A model generated the notes under the pieces. That model did no database searches. It saw only the letters and a list, made by a program, of their open reading frames with translations, and was not told the DNA's origin. A program made the position numbers and the translations under genes. This document shows, one piece after another, positions 30,033-40,099 of a stretch of 64,000 bases of DNA. The stretch is from Candidatus Sabulitectum sp. (lineage in GTDB: Bacteria > Fermentibacterota > Fermentibacteria > Fermentibacterales > JCC-6): positions 4,391-68,390 of the forward strand of contig JAGLDY010000007.1 of the NCBI GenBank assembly GCA_023145375.1, given 5' to 3'. The stretch's first letter is position 1. The number at the start of each line of letters is the position of its first letter.

Positions 30033-31109
30033 ATGAAGAATCTAGTGTTTTCCTTTCTTTCAGTCATGCTGTTCTTGCCTCTGGTCGCACTGGGTTACGG
30101 TTATCCTGCTGCAATGGGGCTGGGTAGCATCATGCCGGGAATAGATGCGGTTTCTCACGGGTTTGGTGGAGTATCATCAGTTAATGTCGGGGGTATGAAC
30201 CTGTTTGGTAATCCAGCCGAGCTCACTGGTTACAATCCGTCTTTTTCTGCTTCAATAGGCCCGCTTATTCTCAAACAGACGGTGGACGATGGTCTTGGCA
30301 AGCACACTCTAACCTATGCAGGCCTGGGAGTATCAAGTTTTCAGGCTGGCTTTGGCATCGGCTCATCCAGTGTTGCCTTAGGAATTGCAAAGATCCGTGA
30401 TTACACCTACAAGGGTGAGTATTTCTTTATCGATACAAACCCTGATCCCATTATTGCCGGTTTCGAGAACCTCACAGTCACCGGTGGAGTTTGGGAAGCA
30501 GCCACAGGTGCTGCCACTGTGCTTCCAGGTGATATCAGTATTGGGGTATCCGCCGGATACCGTATGGGCAACATTGATTACGACTACTACTGGCACCATT
30601 TCAACGAAGCTATTCCCGATTCAACGGTAAAATGGAGCAGGGAAGAGGGAGAATTCTCATGGAGAGCCGGGGCTTCTGTTCCAGTGAGGTACGATATTGC
30701 CCTTGGAGCAGTGTACTCGTCTGAAACTGAGAACTGCCCTTCCAGCATTGCCGCCGGGGTTCGTTTTGGTAACATAGCCGCGTATTCCCCGGGCTTTGGA
30801 TTTGAAGGCAGGCTCTACGATACCGAAGATAGCAAAGCATGGTCAGCGAATGCTTTTGGTGGTATTCACCCTGATCACAACCTTTATTTCAGAGGTGGAG
30901 CTTCACTCTCATCCAGCGGAGGGAATGATGCTGAAGTCTCTCTTGGCATCTCCATGGGTGTCACTGTTGACCTTGGAAGAACAGATATCAGCGCTGCTTT
31001 CAATTACGGGGATGAAACAAGGAATGAGTATGTTCTAGGCTTCCCTGATGCTAAAACAATAAATGATATTATCACAGCTTTCACCGTGGGAGCTGTAATC
31101 GAACTCTAA
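30033..31109 (+). CDS. Putative outer-membrane beta-barrel protein, FadL/PorV-like (paralog 1)
   Basis: Signal peptide MKNLVFSFLSVMLFLPLVALG. N-terminal NLFGNPAELTG (NPA hatch motif typical of the FadL/TodX/PorV family). Alternating Gly/aromatic beta-strand pattern. Strong GGAGGG RBS. Confidence 0.55.
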   Translation: MKNLVFSFLSVMLFLPLVALGYGYPAAMGLGSIMPGIDAVSHGFGGVSSVNVGGMNLFGNPAELTGYNPSFSASIGPLILKQTVDDGLGKHTLTYAGLGVSSFQAGFGIGSSSVALGIAKIRDYTYKGEYFFIDTNPDPIIAGFENLTVTGGVWEAATGAATVLPGDISIGVSAGYRMGNIDYDYYWHHFNEAIPDSTVKWSREEGEFSWRAGASVPVRYDIALGAVYSSETENCPSSIAAGVRFGNIAAYSPGFGFEGRLYDTEDSKAWSANAFGGIHPDHNLYFRGGASLSSSGGNDAEVSLGISMGVTVDLGRTDISAAFNYGDETRNEYVLGFPDAKTINDIITAFTVGAVIEL

Positions 31110-31130
31110 ACTCAGAGCTTGGAGAATTGA

Positions 31131-32207
31131 ATGAAGACCATCTTCCTCTATTCAGCAATAACCACCATTCTGATTGCTCAGGCTTTCGGATTCGGGTATT
31201 ACGATTCAGTAACAAAAGGAACCCCTGTCCCCGGTATCACCCCATCAACTACCGCTCTTGGATCGGTTCGTGCACTGGGAGTAACTGAAGCTGCAAGCAT
31301 TTTTTACAACCCGGCACAGACCGCATTCTTATCTGCAGATATTCAACTTGCCGGTTCTACCATTCAGTGGACTGAGCGGGTTATTCAAACCGATATCGAG
31401 AAAACCGTCAGAACCTACATGACAAATGACAACGGCACTGCCGCTATGATCTTTCCTGCAGGACCTTTTGTTTTCGGCGCAGGAATTGCAAAGATCGGTG
31501 AGTTCGGTTATGAAGGTTCCCATACGGTCTATGATGATCCTGATGATCCTGAGCTTGGAGTTGCCGTCCTTTATGCTGAAGGTTCGCAATGGGAAACCCT
31601 TGCCGGCGTTTCTGCTGTGATCACAGGACGATTATCTGCAGGGTTCTCCGGCGGAGTTAGAATGGTAAATGCAGACTACATCTATGAATTCAACAGTCAC
31701 CAGTTCCTGATCCCGGATTCATCAGCCACATGGAATGTGGAGGATAAGGAATTTGCATGGCATGCTGGTATTGCGCTTGATGGAGATATGTTCAAATCGG
31801 GCATTTCATATTCGTCTAAAACTGACTACATGGATGATGTAATTGCAGTTGGTGTAAGTGCCCTTGCTCCCCACCTGAAATACACTACTGTTGGATTTGA
31901 GGCAGAGGTGGCATCACCTCTGGATAAGAACCAATTCCTGGGTAATCTGTTTGTGATTATGCCTCTTACAGAGCAGATGAACATTCTTACCAGTGTTAGT
32001 TTTGATGACAATCGTGTTGCCAATCGAGCAGGTCTGGGATTTGGCCTTGGCTTTGATCTTCAACTTGATCGTTTCTCCGTGGGTTGTGGATTACTGAACA
32101 GATTCAAAGCGCGGAAGAACACTGCATTCCCAAATGAACAATCCGACAGAGTTGATGACTCTTCAACTATGCTTACTCTGGGATTCTCCTATCTTTTAGG
32201 AAACTAG
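31131..32207 (+). CDS. Putative outer-membrane beta-barrel protein, FadL/PorV-like (paralog 2)
   Basis: Same length (358 aa) as its neighbour. Signal peptide MKTIFLYSAITTILIAQAFG and FYNPAQTAFL (NPA motif). Similar strand pattern, indicating tandem duplication. Confidence 0.55.
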   Translation: MKTIFLYSAITTILIAQAFGFGYYDSVTKGTPVPGITPSTTALGSVRALGVTEAASIFYNPAQTAFLSADIQLAGSTIQWTERVIQTDIEKTVRTYMTNDNGTAAMIFPAGPFVFGAGIAKIGEFGYEGSHTVYDDPDDPELGVAVLYAEGSQWETLAGVSAVITGRLSAGFSGGVRMVNADYIYEFNSHQFLIPDSSATWNVEDKEFAWHAGIALDGDMFKSGISYSSKTDYMDDVIAVGVSALAPHLKYTTVGFEAEVASPLDKNQFLGNLFVIMPLTEQMNILTSVSFDDNRVANRAGLGFGLGFDLQLDRFSVGCGLLNRFKARKNTAFPNEQSDRVDDSSTMLTLGFSYLLGN

Positions 32208-32214
32208 GCAACAT

Positions 32215-35052
32215 ATGCCCTTCGGATCCAATTCGTGGACAAGGCTGGCATATACACCATCTTCCGGTAAGATGAAGGTGGACGGTGATCTGTTTGCAGT
32301 TCTTGGTATCAATGCCGATGAGATCATCCATTCAGAAGATCCATTTAGAATGTTGCCTGATTCTGTGGTTCAGGGGCTTATCCACGGGAAGGACATAGTC
32401 AGAGACGAGGAGCTGTCGCTTGTAATTATTCCAGGGAAAACAGGGCATAGTAACTCTGTTACCATCATTGCTGAGCAGATTGCTGATTTCGATCTTGTGT
32501 CTGATATTGCCGGCGGCGTTGTGGGGTTTTCCCCAGACGGTACTATCCTCCGGTGGAATTTAAGAATGACCTACCTGTTCGGTCCCCGCGAGAAAGATGT
32601 TATCGGGAGGAGCGCTGCAGATATTCTCCCCACCCCTGTCTTGTACGATTGGGGAAGCGTTATTTCATCCGCACATCTTGGGCACGAGGTCAGAATAGAA
32701 TTCCAGCCTTCAGGAGAAAGAAGAGTAGAGGGAGTTCTTAGTAGAGGCGGCCCCGGTGTTATTGGATTGTTCCGTGACTCAACGGAGAGTTACAAAACAA
32801 GCAAGCGACTTCGCGCTCTTAACAGACTTAATCAGGCATATCTTCAGTCTACTGGAACCGGGCTTCTGCTTCTGGACAGCAGGTTGCGCATACTTCTGTC
32901 TAACTCCGGCTTCACCAGGATAACCGGCCACAGAGGGTCACTGATCGGTTTACAGCTGCATGACATTCTTTCTGCTGAATCGTACAAATGGGTTCACGAT
33001 GCTTCGGAACATCTCTCGGCGGATGAGAGAACAGAACAATCCGGAGTTGTCTCATTTGTGAATCAGGACGGCAGACAGGTAACCCTTCGGCACACGCTCA
33101 GGGCAGTAAGGAATGAAACGAACCAGGCCTTGAATTTCGTCTGTCTTTTTGAGGATGAGACCGACCTCACCATCTTTCGGGAAAGCGTCGTTCATCTAAA
33201 AAAATGTTTAACAAGTATTTCAAAAATATCTGAGGGGATCCAGGGAAATGAATCAGGAGAAGATCACAGCATTTGTGAGGAACTCTTAAGAGTTACCAGA
33301 TCTACAGCCGTTGCACAATTTTACTATGATCCCTATGGAACGATGAGACTATCCAGTAGTGCAGGAAGCTGGCCCAGAGATCATCCTGTTAAGGAGTTGA
33401 GTGAGCTCGGTTTTCCAGCTTTTGTATGGGCGGGAGACAAACTGTACAGGATTGCATCAGCGGAAATGGGGAAGCTTTCCGGTGACTTCAAATCCTGTGC
33501 TGTGCTGCCTATAGGTAAAGGAGTTCACAACCGGGGATTTCTTTTGCTCACAGATTCATTGCTTTCAGATTCAGATTCAGATTCAGCCCTGCTCAATACC
33601 ATATCTTCGATGATCGATATCCACCACCAGATCGTCCATGAAAGAACAGCCCGATCAGTTGCAGAGAAACATCTGGAGCTGAATGCAGGATTCGCAGAGA
33701 CGCTTTTTGACGGGATTCCCCTTCCCATTGCCATTATCAGGATGGATGGAAGGGTGGACCACTGGAACAGGGCAATGGAACAGGTATCCGGTGTGAAAGC
33801 CGGTGAAGTGGGGAATGAGGATATAGACAACCTCATTGATCCTGACAGAACCGGATTCACGCTTGATTCTCACGTGTCAGGGTCAGACCTTGAGGAAGAC
33901 AATTCTTCAGTAGAGTGGACGGTTAGAAGAAGGGATGGAACCAGGTCTGCCTTACACAGATGGAATGTTTCTATTATCGACCCCTCGGTAGGTTACATGG
34001 GAGACCCTGCGTTTCTTGTTACAGGTATTGCATCAGAAGACATATCCCCCGGTTCCGATGTCTTGTCATCGAGTTTGTTGGACAGAAGGCTGTTACTAAA
34101 TGAGATAACCGGGTTGTTTGCTGCGTTATCCCCGGATGATGTTCTGCTTACACTGTCCCGGATCTGCTTTATCACCGGGGGAATCGGCACAATAGAATTT
34201 CACAGCAACGGTGAATTTGTGGCTGTTTTTCCTGAAACAGACAACAGGAAAGAGAATGTGGACTGGGATTTCCAGTTAACCAGGTCTATTTTTGGAATTG
34301 AGTACGATATAAAGGTCTCCGGCTTTCCAACTCAGGACACAGTAAATTCTGTTATAGATCTCATTTCCTTCAGAGATTCCGGCAATTCGAGAGCGCACCT
34401 CCATTCAGAGCCCGAAACCCTTGAGATCCAGAAATACTCCACGGGACTCACCGATTATCTGGAGAAGTTCTTTTCAGATTCCATTGAGCAGAGTAATGCC
34501 ATGGTGCATCTTGTAGACAGAACAGACCCGCTGGCAGGATTTGCAAGAACAATGCTTTACTCCCATGAAACAGCCTCAAGGGTCTCCCATCTTCTCAGTC
34601 TTTCCATTCTTGTAAGATCCGGTGGTTTCAAAGAAGAGTATCCTGACAGATTTCTCACCAGACTCCACAGCGTTTTTGCTGAAAAGGGGCTTCGCCCTCC
34701 TTCTCTTTCTCTAGGCGACAAACTACCTCTTGTTATGATAATTCCCCATGTCATTCTTCATTGTTTTGCCATACTATGTCAGCTGGCAATACCGCATGGA
34801 GTGGTTTTGTTCACTGCACGGAGTGCGGATAATAGTGATGAAGATGTAACTGGTGTCCGCATAATTCTCAGTGGTTTGAACGAATCATTGCAGACGCTTT
34901 CACAGGAGGATATCCATCAGCAGCTTGGAAGAGGAGTGTTTGGTACAGGAACAGAGGCCGGAATCATTTTCAGGCTGTTGAAGTGCTCAGGCTGCGAACT
35001 TCTTTCCATGAGTAATGGAGAAATGACTTTCCTGCTGGACCCGGCATACTGA
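32215..35052 (+). CDS. Large multi-PAS-domain sensor-type protein without a recognisable kinase/GGDEF/HTH output domain
   Basis: Several PAS-like repeats (GVVGFSPDGTILRWNLRMTYLFG; GLLLLDSRLRILLSNSGFTRITGH; PIAIIRMDGRVDHWNRAMEQVSGV). GAF/PAS-like C-terminal regions. An internal SDSDSDS linker encoded by (GATTCA)n. Confidence 0.65.
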   Translation: MPFGSNSWTRLAYTPSSGKMKVDGDLFAVLGINADEIIHSEDPFRMLPDSVVQGLIHGKDIVRDEELSLVIIPGKTGHSNSVTIIAEQIADFDLVSDIAGGVVGFSPDGTILRWNLRMTYLFGPREKDVIGRSAADILPTPVLYDWGSVISSAHLGHEVRIEFQPSGERRVEGVLSRGGPGVIGLFRDSTESYKTSKRLRALNRLNQAYLQSTGTGLLLLDSRLRILLSNSGFTRITGHRGSLIGLQLHDILSAESYKWVHDASEHLSADERTEQSGVVSFVNQDGRQVTLRHTLRAVRNETNQALNFVCLFEDETDLTIFRESVVHLKKCLTSISKISEGIQGNESGEDHSICEELLRVTRSTAVAQFYYDPYGTMRLSSSAGSWPRDHPVKELSELGFPAFVWAGDKLYRIASAEMGKLSGDFKSCAVLPIGKGVHNRGFLLLTDSLLSDSDSDSALLNTISSMIDIHHQIVHERTARSVAEKHLELNAGFAETLFDGIPLPIAIIRMDGRVDHWNRAMEQVSGVKAGEVGNEDIDNLIDPDRTGFTLDSHVSGSDLEEDNSSVEWTVRRRDGTRSALHRWNVSIIDPSVGYMGDPAFLVTGIASEDISPGSDVLSSSLLDRRLLLNEITGLFAALSPDDVLLTLSRICFITGGIGTIEFHSNGEFVAVFPETDNRKENVDWDFQLTRSIFGIEYDIKVSGFPTQDTVNSVIDLISFRDSGNSRAHLHSEPETLEIQKYSTGLTDYLEKFFSDSIEQSNAMVHLVDRTDPLAGFARTMLYSHETASRVSHLLSLSILVRSGGFKEEYPDRFLTRLHSVFAEKGLRPPSLSLGDKLPLVMIIPHVILHCFAILCQLAIPHGVVLFTARSADNSDEDVTGVRIILSGLNESLQTLSQEDIHQQLGRGVFGTGTEAGIIFRLLKCSGCELLSMSNGEMTFLLDPAY
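33556..33585 (+). repeat. Hexanucleotide repeat (GATTCA)x4.7 inside the multi-PAS gene, encoding SDSDSDS
   Basis: gattcagattcagattcagattcag read directly from the sequence; it is in-frame and coding. Confidence 0.8.
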
Positions 35053-35116
35053 GAAAACCGCTCGATTCTTTTTTCATCTTGTATATTCCCGCTTACAATA
35101 CACAGGAGGCCTGATT

Positions 35117-37576
35117 GTGAGTGCTTACAATTTCAAAGGTTTAGAAAAGAAGTGGTCTCCCATCTGGGAGGATATGGATCTGTACAAGACAGGTGATGAC
35201 CAGGGAAATAAGAATTTTTACTGTCTTGACTATTTTCCCTATCCATCCGGGGCAGGATTGTCTGTGGGACATTGCAGAAACTACATTCCCACAGATGTTA
35301 TCTGTCGTAAAAAGAGAATGGATGGGCACAATGTTCTGCACCCCATGGGTTGGGATGCATTTGGTCAGCCTGCAGAAGAGTATGCTATTAAAACAGGTAT
35401 GCACCCTGCTGAAGTCACCAGGATCAACACAGAGAACTACAAGAGACAGATGAAACTCTTTGAAGCCGGTTATGACTGGGACAGGGAGATAAATTCAAGT
35501 CACCCTGATTACTACAAATGGACTCAGTTCTTCTTTCTTCTGCTCTTCGACAGAGGGCTCGCGTATCAATCTGATAATTTCCAGATGTACTGTCCGCAGT
35601 GCAGGATAGTTCTTTCAAACGAGGAGTCCGCAGGGGGTATATGCTGGAGATGCAGTAGTGAGGTGGTAAAAAAGAGGCTTCCGCAGTGGTATTTCAGGAT
35701 CACAGATTACGCGGACAGACTTCTGGACGAGCTTGATGATCTTGACTGGCCTGAAAACATAAAGGCCATGCAGAGGAACTGGATAGGCCGTTCTCACGGG
35801 GCGGAGGTTGTTTTTACGGTTAAGACGGAAGAAGAACTTGTCCATCTCCCTGTTTACACAACAAGGATAGATACAATTTTCGGAGCAACATTCTGTGTTC
35901 TTGCTCCGGAGCACCCGGACCTTCTGCAAATAACCACAGAGAAGTGTAGAAAAGATGTTCAAGAGTATATAAGATCATCCAGTACTAAAACGGATCTTCA
36001 GCGTCTTGTGGCCAGCGAAAAAGGGAAGACTGGCATCTTTACCGGAGCCTATGCAACAAACCCCTTTAATGGCAAAGAAATACCCGTGTGGACTGCTGAC
36101 TATGTACTGGCAGGATATGGAACAGCGGCGATAATGGCAGTTCCTGCACACGACGAGAGGGATCATGCGTTTGCCAGGAAGTATGATCTTCCTATCATTG
36201 AAGTCATTGCTCCAGACGGAGTGCCTCAGGGTGTTGAAGATGAAGCAACTGTGGCTGATGGTCAACTCATCAACAGTGGACAGTTCTCCGGACTCAGCTC
36301 AGAGGAATCCAGGGAGACAATGGCCGAATTCGCTGAGAACAACAACTTTGGTAAAGCAGAGACCCGTTACAGGATCAGAGACTGGCTGGTGAGCAGACAG
36401 AGATACTGGGGGGCTCCCATACCCATTATCCACTGCGATAATTGCGGAGCTGTTCCAGAGAGAAATCTTCCTGTGATACTCCCTGATGTGAAGAGTTATG
36501 AACCGGATGATACTGGACGATCCCCCCTGGCGGCATGCGAGGACTGGGTGAACACAACCTGCCCTGAGTGCGGTTCTCCTGCTAAGCGTGAAACCAGTAC
36601 CATGGCCGGATTTGCCTGCTCAAGCTGGTATTTCCTCAGGTTTGCTTCCCCAAACTGTACGGATGCTCCTTTTGACATTGAAGAAGTTAACAAGTGGCTT
36701 CCTGTTGACCTTTATGTAGGTGGCGCAGAGCATGCGGTAATGCACCTTATCTATGCCAGGTTCTGGACTAAGGTGATGTACGACGCAGGCATGCTGAACT
36801 TCACGGAGCCCTTCACCTGTCTGAAGAATCAGGGGATGCTTATCAGCTACGACCATCAGAAGATGTCTAAGAGCAAGGGTAATGTGATCACACCGGACGA
36901 AATGATCGTGAAGTACGGTGCGGATGCTCTGAGGCTCTACATAATCTTTATGGGGCCGTTCGAGGCTGAAATTGAATGGAGCGAAGAGGGGCTTGCAGGT
37001 ACCTACCGGTTTGTGAAGCGCATCTGGAATCTCTTCCTTGAAACTGCTGATTTCAAGGAGATCGAAACTGATGAGGTTTTCCAGAAGGAACTCCGATATG
37101 AACTTGCCAGAACCATAAAGAAGGTCACTGAGGATATTGATGGTTTTCAGTTCAACACAGGTGTCGCGGCGATGATGGAATTCTTGAATTTCCTCTCTGT
37201 GAACAGGGATAAAGCAGCTTCAGTCTCTGCCGCCTGGAGAAAAGCTCAGCAGGATTTCCTTACAGTACTCGCTCCGGCGGCGCCTTTTGTCACCGATGAG
37301 CTATGGCATATCCTTGGCTTCGGTGGCGAGAATGAGACCATCCATACTCAAAAGTGGCCTGAATGGGTAGAGGAGGACCTGGTAAAAGATACAGTTGAAA
37401 TAGTGGTTCAGATAAAGGGAAAGATAAGGGACAGGATATCTGTTCCCGTTAACTCTTCAAAAGAGGAGATAGAGAAGATTGCTCTCAGTCGGGAGAAGAT
37501 ACAGGAGTATTTGAAAGGCTCCATTCCCCGAAGAGTAATAGTTGTTCCAGGCAGACTTGTAAACATCATAGGATAA
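35117..37576 (+). CDS. leuS: Leucyl-tRNA synthetase
   Basis: [15 protein letters not shown] (HIGH-type) and [10 protein letters not shown] (KMSKS), with editing (CP1) and anticodon-binding domains. GTG start preceded by AGGAGG. Confidence 0.95.
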   Translation: MSAYNFKGLEKKWSPIWEDMDLYKTGDDQGNKNFYCLDYFPYPSGAGLSVGHCRNYIPTDVICRKKRMDGHNVLHPMGWDAFGQPAEEYAIKTGMHPAEVTRINTENYKRQMKLFEAGYDWDREINSSHPDYYKWTQFFFLLLFDRGLAYQSDNFQMYCPQCRIVLSNEESAGGICWRCSSEVVKKRLPQWYFRITDYADRLLDELDDLDWPENIKAMQRNWIGRSHGAEVVFTVKTEEELVHLPVYTTRIDTIFGATFCVLAPEHPDLLQITTEKCRKDVQEYIRSSSTKTDLQRLVASEKGKTGIFTGAYATNPFNGKEIPVWTADYVLAGYGTAAIMAVPAHDERDHAFARKYDLPIIEVIAPDGVPQGVEDEATVADGQLINSGQFSGLSSEESRETMAEFAENNNFGKAETRYRIRDWLVSRQRYWGAPIPIIHCDNCGAVPERNLPVILPDVKSYEPDDTGRSPLAACEDWVNTTCPECGSPAKRETSTMAGFACSSWYFLRFASPNCTDAPFDIEEVNKWLPVDLYVGGAEHAVMHLIYARFWTKVMYDAGMLNFTEPFTCLKNQGMLISYDHQKMSKSKGNVITPDEMIVKYGADALRLYIIFMGPFEAEIEWSEEGLAGTYRFVKRIWNLFLETADFKEIETDEVFQKELRYELARTIKKVTEDIDGFQFNTGVAAMMEFLNFLSVNRDKAASVSAAWRKAQQDFLTVLAPAAPFVTDELWHILGFGGENETIHTQKWPEWVEEDLVKDTVEIVVQIKGKIRDRISVPVNSSKEEIEKIALSREKIQEYLKGSIPRRVIVVPGRLVNIIG

Positions 37577-37584
37577 GGAGAATC

Positions 37585-38064
37585 ATGGCAAAGCAGTACA
37601 GCGCAACACCGGCAATGAACATCAAGACGGACATAGTTTATAAGGTTAAGATAGAAACAGGTAAGGGAACCATCAATCTTGATCTTTTCCCTGAATATGC
37701 TCCTGTGACGGTGAATAACTTTGTTGCACTTGCAAAAGACGGTTTCTATGACGGTGTTTCCTTTCACCGTGTTATCAACAACTTCATGGTTCAGGGCGGT
37801 GACCCCACCGGCACAGGAATGGGTGGACCAGGTTACAACTTCCAGGACGAGTTCTCCGGTAACCCCCTCACCCATGAGACCGGCTCCCTGTCCATGGCCA
37901 ATGCCGGTCCCGGCACCAACGGCAGCCAGTTCTTCATTACACATGCCCCTCAGCCTCATCTCAATGGAAAACACACCGTATTCGGTAAAGTAACTTCCGG
38001 ACAGGATGTTGTTGACACCATTGCCCAGGGTGATGTGATGCTTAAGGTTACAGTAGAAGAGTAA
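37585..38064 (+). CDS. ppiB: Cyclophilin-type peptidyl-prolyl cis-trans isomerase
   Basis: [25 protein letters not shown]...[20 protein letters not shown] is the cyclophilin signature. AAGGAG RBS. Confidence 0.9.
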   Translation: MAKQYSATPAMNIKTDIVYKVKIETGKGTINLDLFPEYAPVTVNNFVALAKDGFYDGVSFHRVINNFMVQGGDPTGTGMGGPGYNFQDEFSGNPLTHETGSLSMANAGPGTNGSQFFITHAPQPHLNGKHTVFGKVTSGQDVVDTIAQGDVMLKVTVEE

Positions 38065-38082
38065 CCTCCGGGTATACGAAAA

Positions 38083-38118
38083 CAGGGAGGGGGTTCACCC
38101 TTCCCTGTTGTATTTTTG
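38083..38118 (+). terminator. Rho-independent terminator after leuS-ppiB
   Basis: ACAGGGAGGGGG ttc ACCCTTCCCTGT stem (one mismatch) followed by TGTATTTTTGG. Confidence 0.6.
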
Positions 38119-38156
38119 GCGAAAGTGGCGGTTACTCCTGTTACAGGAGGAAATCA

Positions 38157-39689
38157 ATGCTTGCTTTTACCCGCAGTGTAGGTCTTGTTGGAATTAATGC
38201 TTTTCAGGTGGATGTAGAGGTTGACCTGACCCGTGGTCTCCCGACCTTTACCATTGTGGGCCTGCCGGACAATGCAGTAAAAGAATCCAGGGAAAGAGTT
38301 CAGGCCGCAATAGGCAATACGGGTTTTTCACTGCCGTCCAAGAAACTCACCATCAATCTCGCTCCTGCAGGGAGAAAAAAAGAGGGAGCTGCCTTTGACC
38401 TTCCCATTGCTGTAGGTCTTCTGGCCGCCTCAGGCTTTGTTCCAAGGGAAAGGGCCGCCAGGTATGCCTATCTGGCTGAACTTGCTCTTGATGGTACCCT
38501 GAGGCCAGTCAAGGGCGTGCTTCCCATGGCTGCAGGGCTGAACGGGCAGGGTATCGATGGCTTTATTGTACCCACTGTAAATGCAGGTGAGGCAGTTATC
38601 GCTTCGCCTGTACCTGTGTTCCCTGCGGATAATCTGGAACAGGTCTCACTTTTCCTTCAGGGGCTGAACAATCTGAAAGAATCAACTGAAACAGATATTC
38701 TCCATCAGACTGAGCTTACTATCGCTGACTTCTCCGAGGTCAGAGGGCAGCAGCAGGCGAAAAGAGCTCTCGAGATTGCCGCAGCAGGTGGCCACAACGT
38801 CCTGATGATAGGCCCGCCTGGTTCAGGGAAAACCATGCTCTCAGCTCGCCTTCCCGGAATACTGCCCCCCATGTCCCGGGAAGAAGCTGTTGAAACCACA
38901 AAGGTTCACAGCGTAGCAGGGCTTCTTCCAGAGGGTCAGGCTCTTGTTACCCATCGTCCTTTCCGTGCCCCCCATCACACGGTATCAACCCCCGGCCTTG
39001 CCGGTGGCGGTTCAAATCCCCGCCCTGGCGAGGTGAGCCTTGCCCACAATGGAGTTCTTTTTCTGGACGAACTTCCGGAGTTCAAAAGGGGAGCTCTTGA
39101 GGTCATGCGTCAGCCAATGGAGTCAGGGAAAGTGATCATTTCAAGATCAGCGGCAAGCGTAGAGCTTCCAGCACGGTTCATGCTTATTGCCGCCATGAAC
39201 CCATGTCCCTGCGGTTATCTTACCCATCCGGCAAAGTCCTGCAACTGCACGGCCTCTCAGGTTCAGCGTTATCTGGGGAAGATCTCCGGCCCCCTGCTGG
39301 ACAGGATAGACATTCATCTTGAGGTCCTTCCCGTTCCAAGAAATGAACTGGGAGATATCAACCCGTCAGGGGAGACCAGCGCAGAGATCAGAGAGAGAGT
39401 AGTAAAGGCAAGGAAAATACAGACAGAGCGTTTCAAGACCATCTCGGGAGTTCACTGCAACGCCCACATGACAAGTACACTTACAAGAACTCACTGTGCC
39501 CTTGATCCCTCAGGCAGAAAACTTCTCGACACAGCTGCCGCAAGGTTCGGTCTCTCTGCAAGAGGCTATTACAGAACTCTCCGTGTAGCCAGAACCATTG
39601 CTGACCTGGAAGCCGCAGAGAAGGTTACAAGCGCCCATATTGCAGAAGCTGTACAGTACCGGGCTCTGGAAAAAGACTACTGGGTGTAA
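38157..39689 (+). CDS. comM: YifB/ComM family Mg-chelatase-like AAA+ ATPase
   Basis: N-terminal Lon-protease-like domain; AAA+ core (GPPGSGKTMLSARLPGILPP, VLFLDELPEF); C-terminal Mg_chelatase_C. AGGAGG RBS. Confidence 0.9.
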   Translation: MLAFTRSVGLVGINAFQVDVEVDLTRGLPTFTIVGLPDNAVKESRERVQAAIGNTGFSLPSKKLTINLAPAGRKKEGAAFDLPIAVGLLAASGFVPRERAARYAYLAELALDGTLRPVKGVLPMAAGLNGQGIDGFIVPTVNAGEAVIASPVPVFPADNLEQVSLFLQGLNNLKESTETDILHQTELTIADFSEVRGQQQAKRALEIAAAGGHNVLMIGPPGSGKTMLSARLPGILPPMSREEAVETTKVHSVAGLLPEGQALVTHRPFRAPHHTVSTPGLAGGGSNPRPGEVSLAHNGVLFLDELPEFKRGALEVMRQPMESGKVIISRSAASVELPARFMLIAAMNPCPCGYLTHPAKSCNCTASQVQRYLGKISGPLLDRIDIHLEVLPVPRNELGDINPSGETSAEIRERVVKARKIQTERFKTISGVHCNAHMTSTLTRTHCALDPSGRKLLDTAAARFGLSARGYYRTLRVARTIADLEAAEKVTSAHIAEAVQYRALEKDYWV

Positions 39690-39725
39690 ATGTGAACCCA
39701 AACAGAGTATCACAACAGGCGAGAA

Positions 39726-40034
39726 ATGAAAAAAATAGCCCCATTACATCCAGGCGAGGTACTCTTTGAAGAATTTATGATCCCACTGGGAATCAGCCAG
39801 AACAAGCTTGGAAAGGAGCTGTGCGTTTCTCCAAGACGTATAAATGAGATTGTACATGGTAAGCGCCGGATCACTGCTGACACTGCTCTGCGGTTGAGTA
39901 TATTTTTCGGCAGTTCTCCAGACTTCTGGCTTGGTCTGCAGATAGACTTTGATCTGGACAGTGAAATTGATTTGAAATGGGATCAGATAGCAAAGCAGGT
40001 ACACAGGTTTCAAACTATTCAGGTAACAGGATAG
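39726..40034 (+). CDS. higA: HigA-family antitoxin / XRE-type HTH protein
   Basis: LHPGEVLFEEFMIPLGISQNKLGKELCVSPRRINEIVHGKRRITADTALRLSIFFGSSPDFWLGLQ matches the HigA (VapI) addiction-module antidote family. No HigB/RelE-like ORF is adjacent. Confidence 0.8.
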   Translation: MKKIAPLHPGEVLFEEFMIPLGISQNKLGKELCVSPRRINEIVHGKRRITADTALRLSIFFGSSPDFWLGLQIDFDLDSEIDLKWDQIAKQVHRFQTIQVTG

Positions 40035-40054
40035 GTTTCCAGAATCGGTTGAAA

Positions 40055-40090
40055 GAAGAGGGGCACCTTGCGGTGCCCCTCTTTCAGTGG
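40055..40090. terminator. Bidirectional rho-independent terminator between convergent higA and the C25 peptidase gene
   Basis: AGAGGGGCACC ttgc GGTGCCCCTCT (perfect 11-bp stem), flanked by A-rich and T-rich tracts (GAAAGA...CTTTCAG). Confidence 0.6.
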
Positions 40091-40099
40091 TTCAGATGA

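Noticed and set aside
33556-33585. (GATTCA)n repeat considered as a possible CRISPR or noncoding repeat
   Set aside because: It is in-frame within the multi-PAS gene, encodes an SDSDSDS linker, and has no spacer-repeat architecture.
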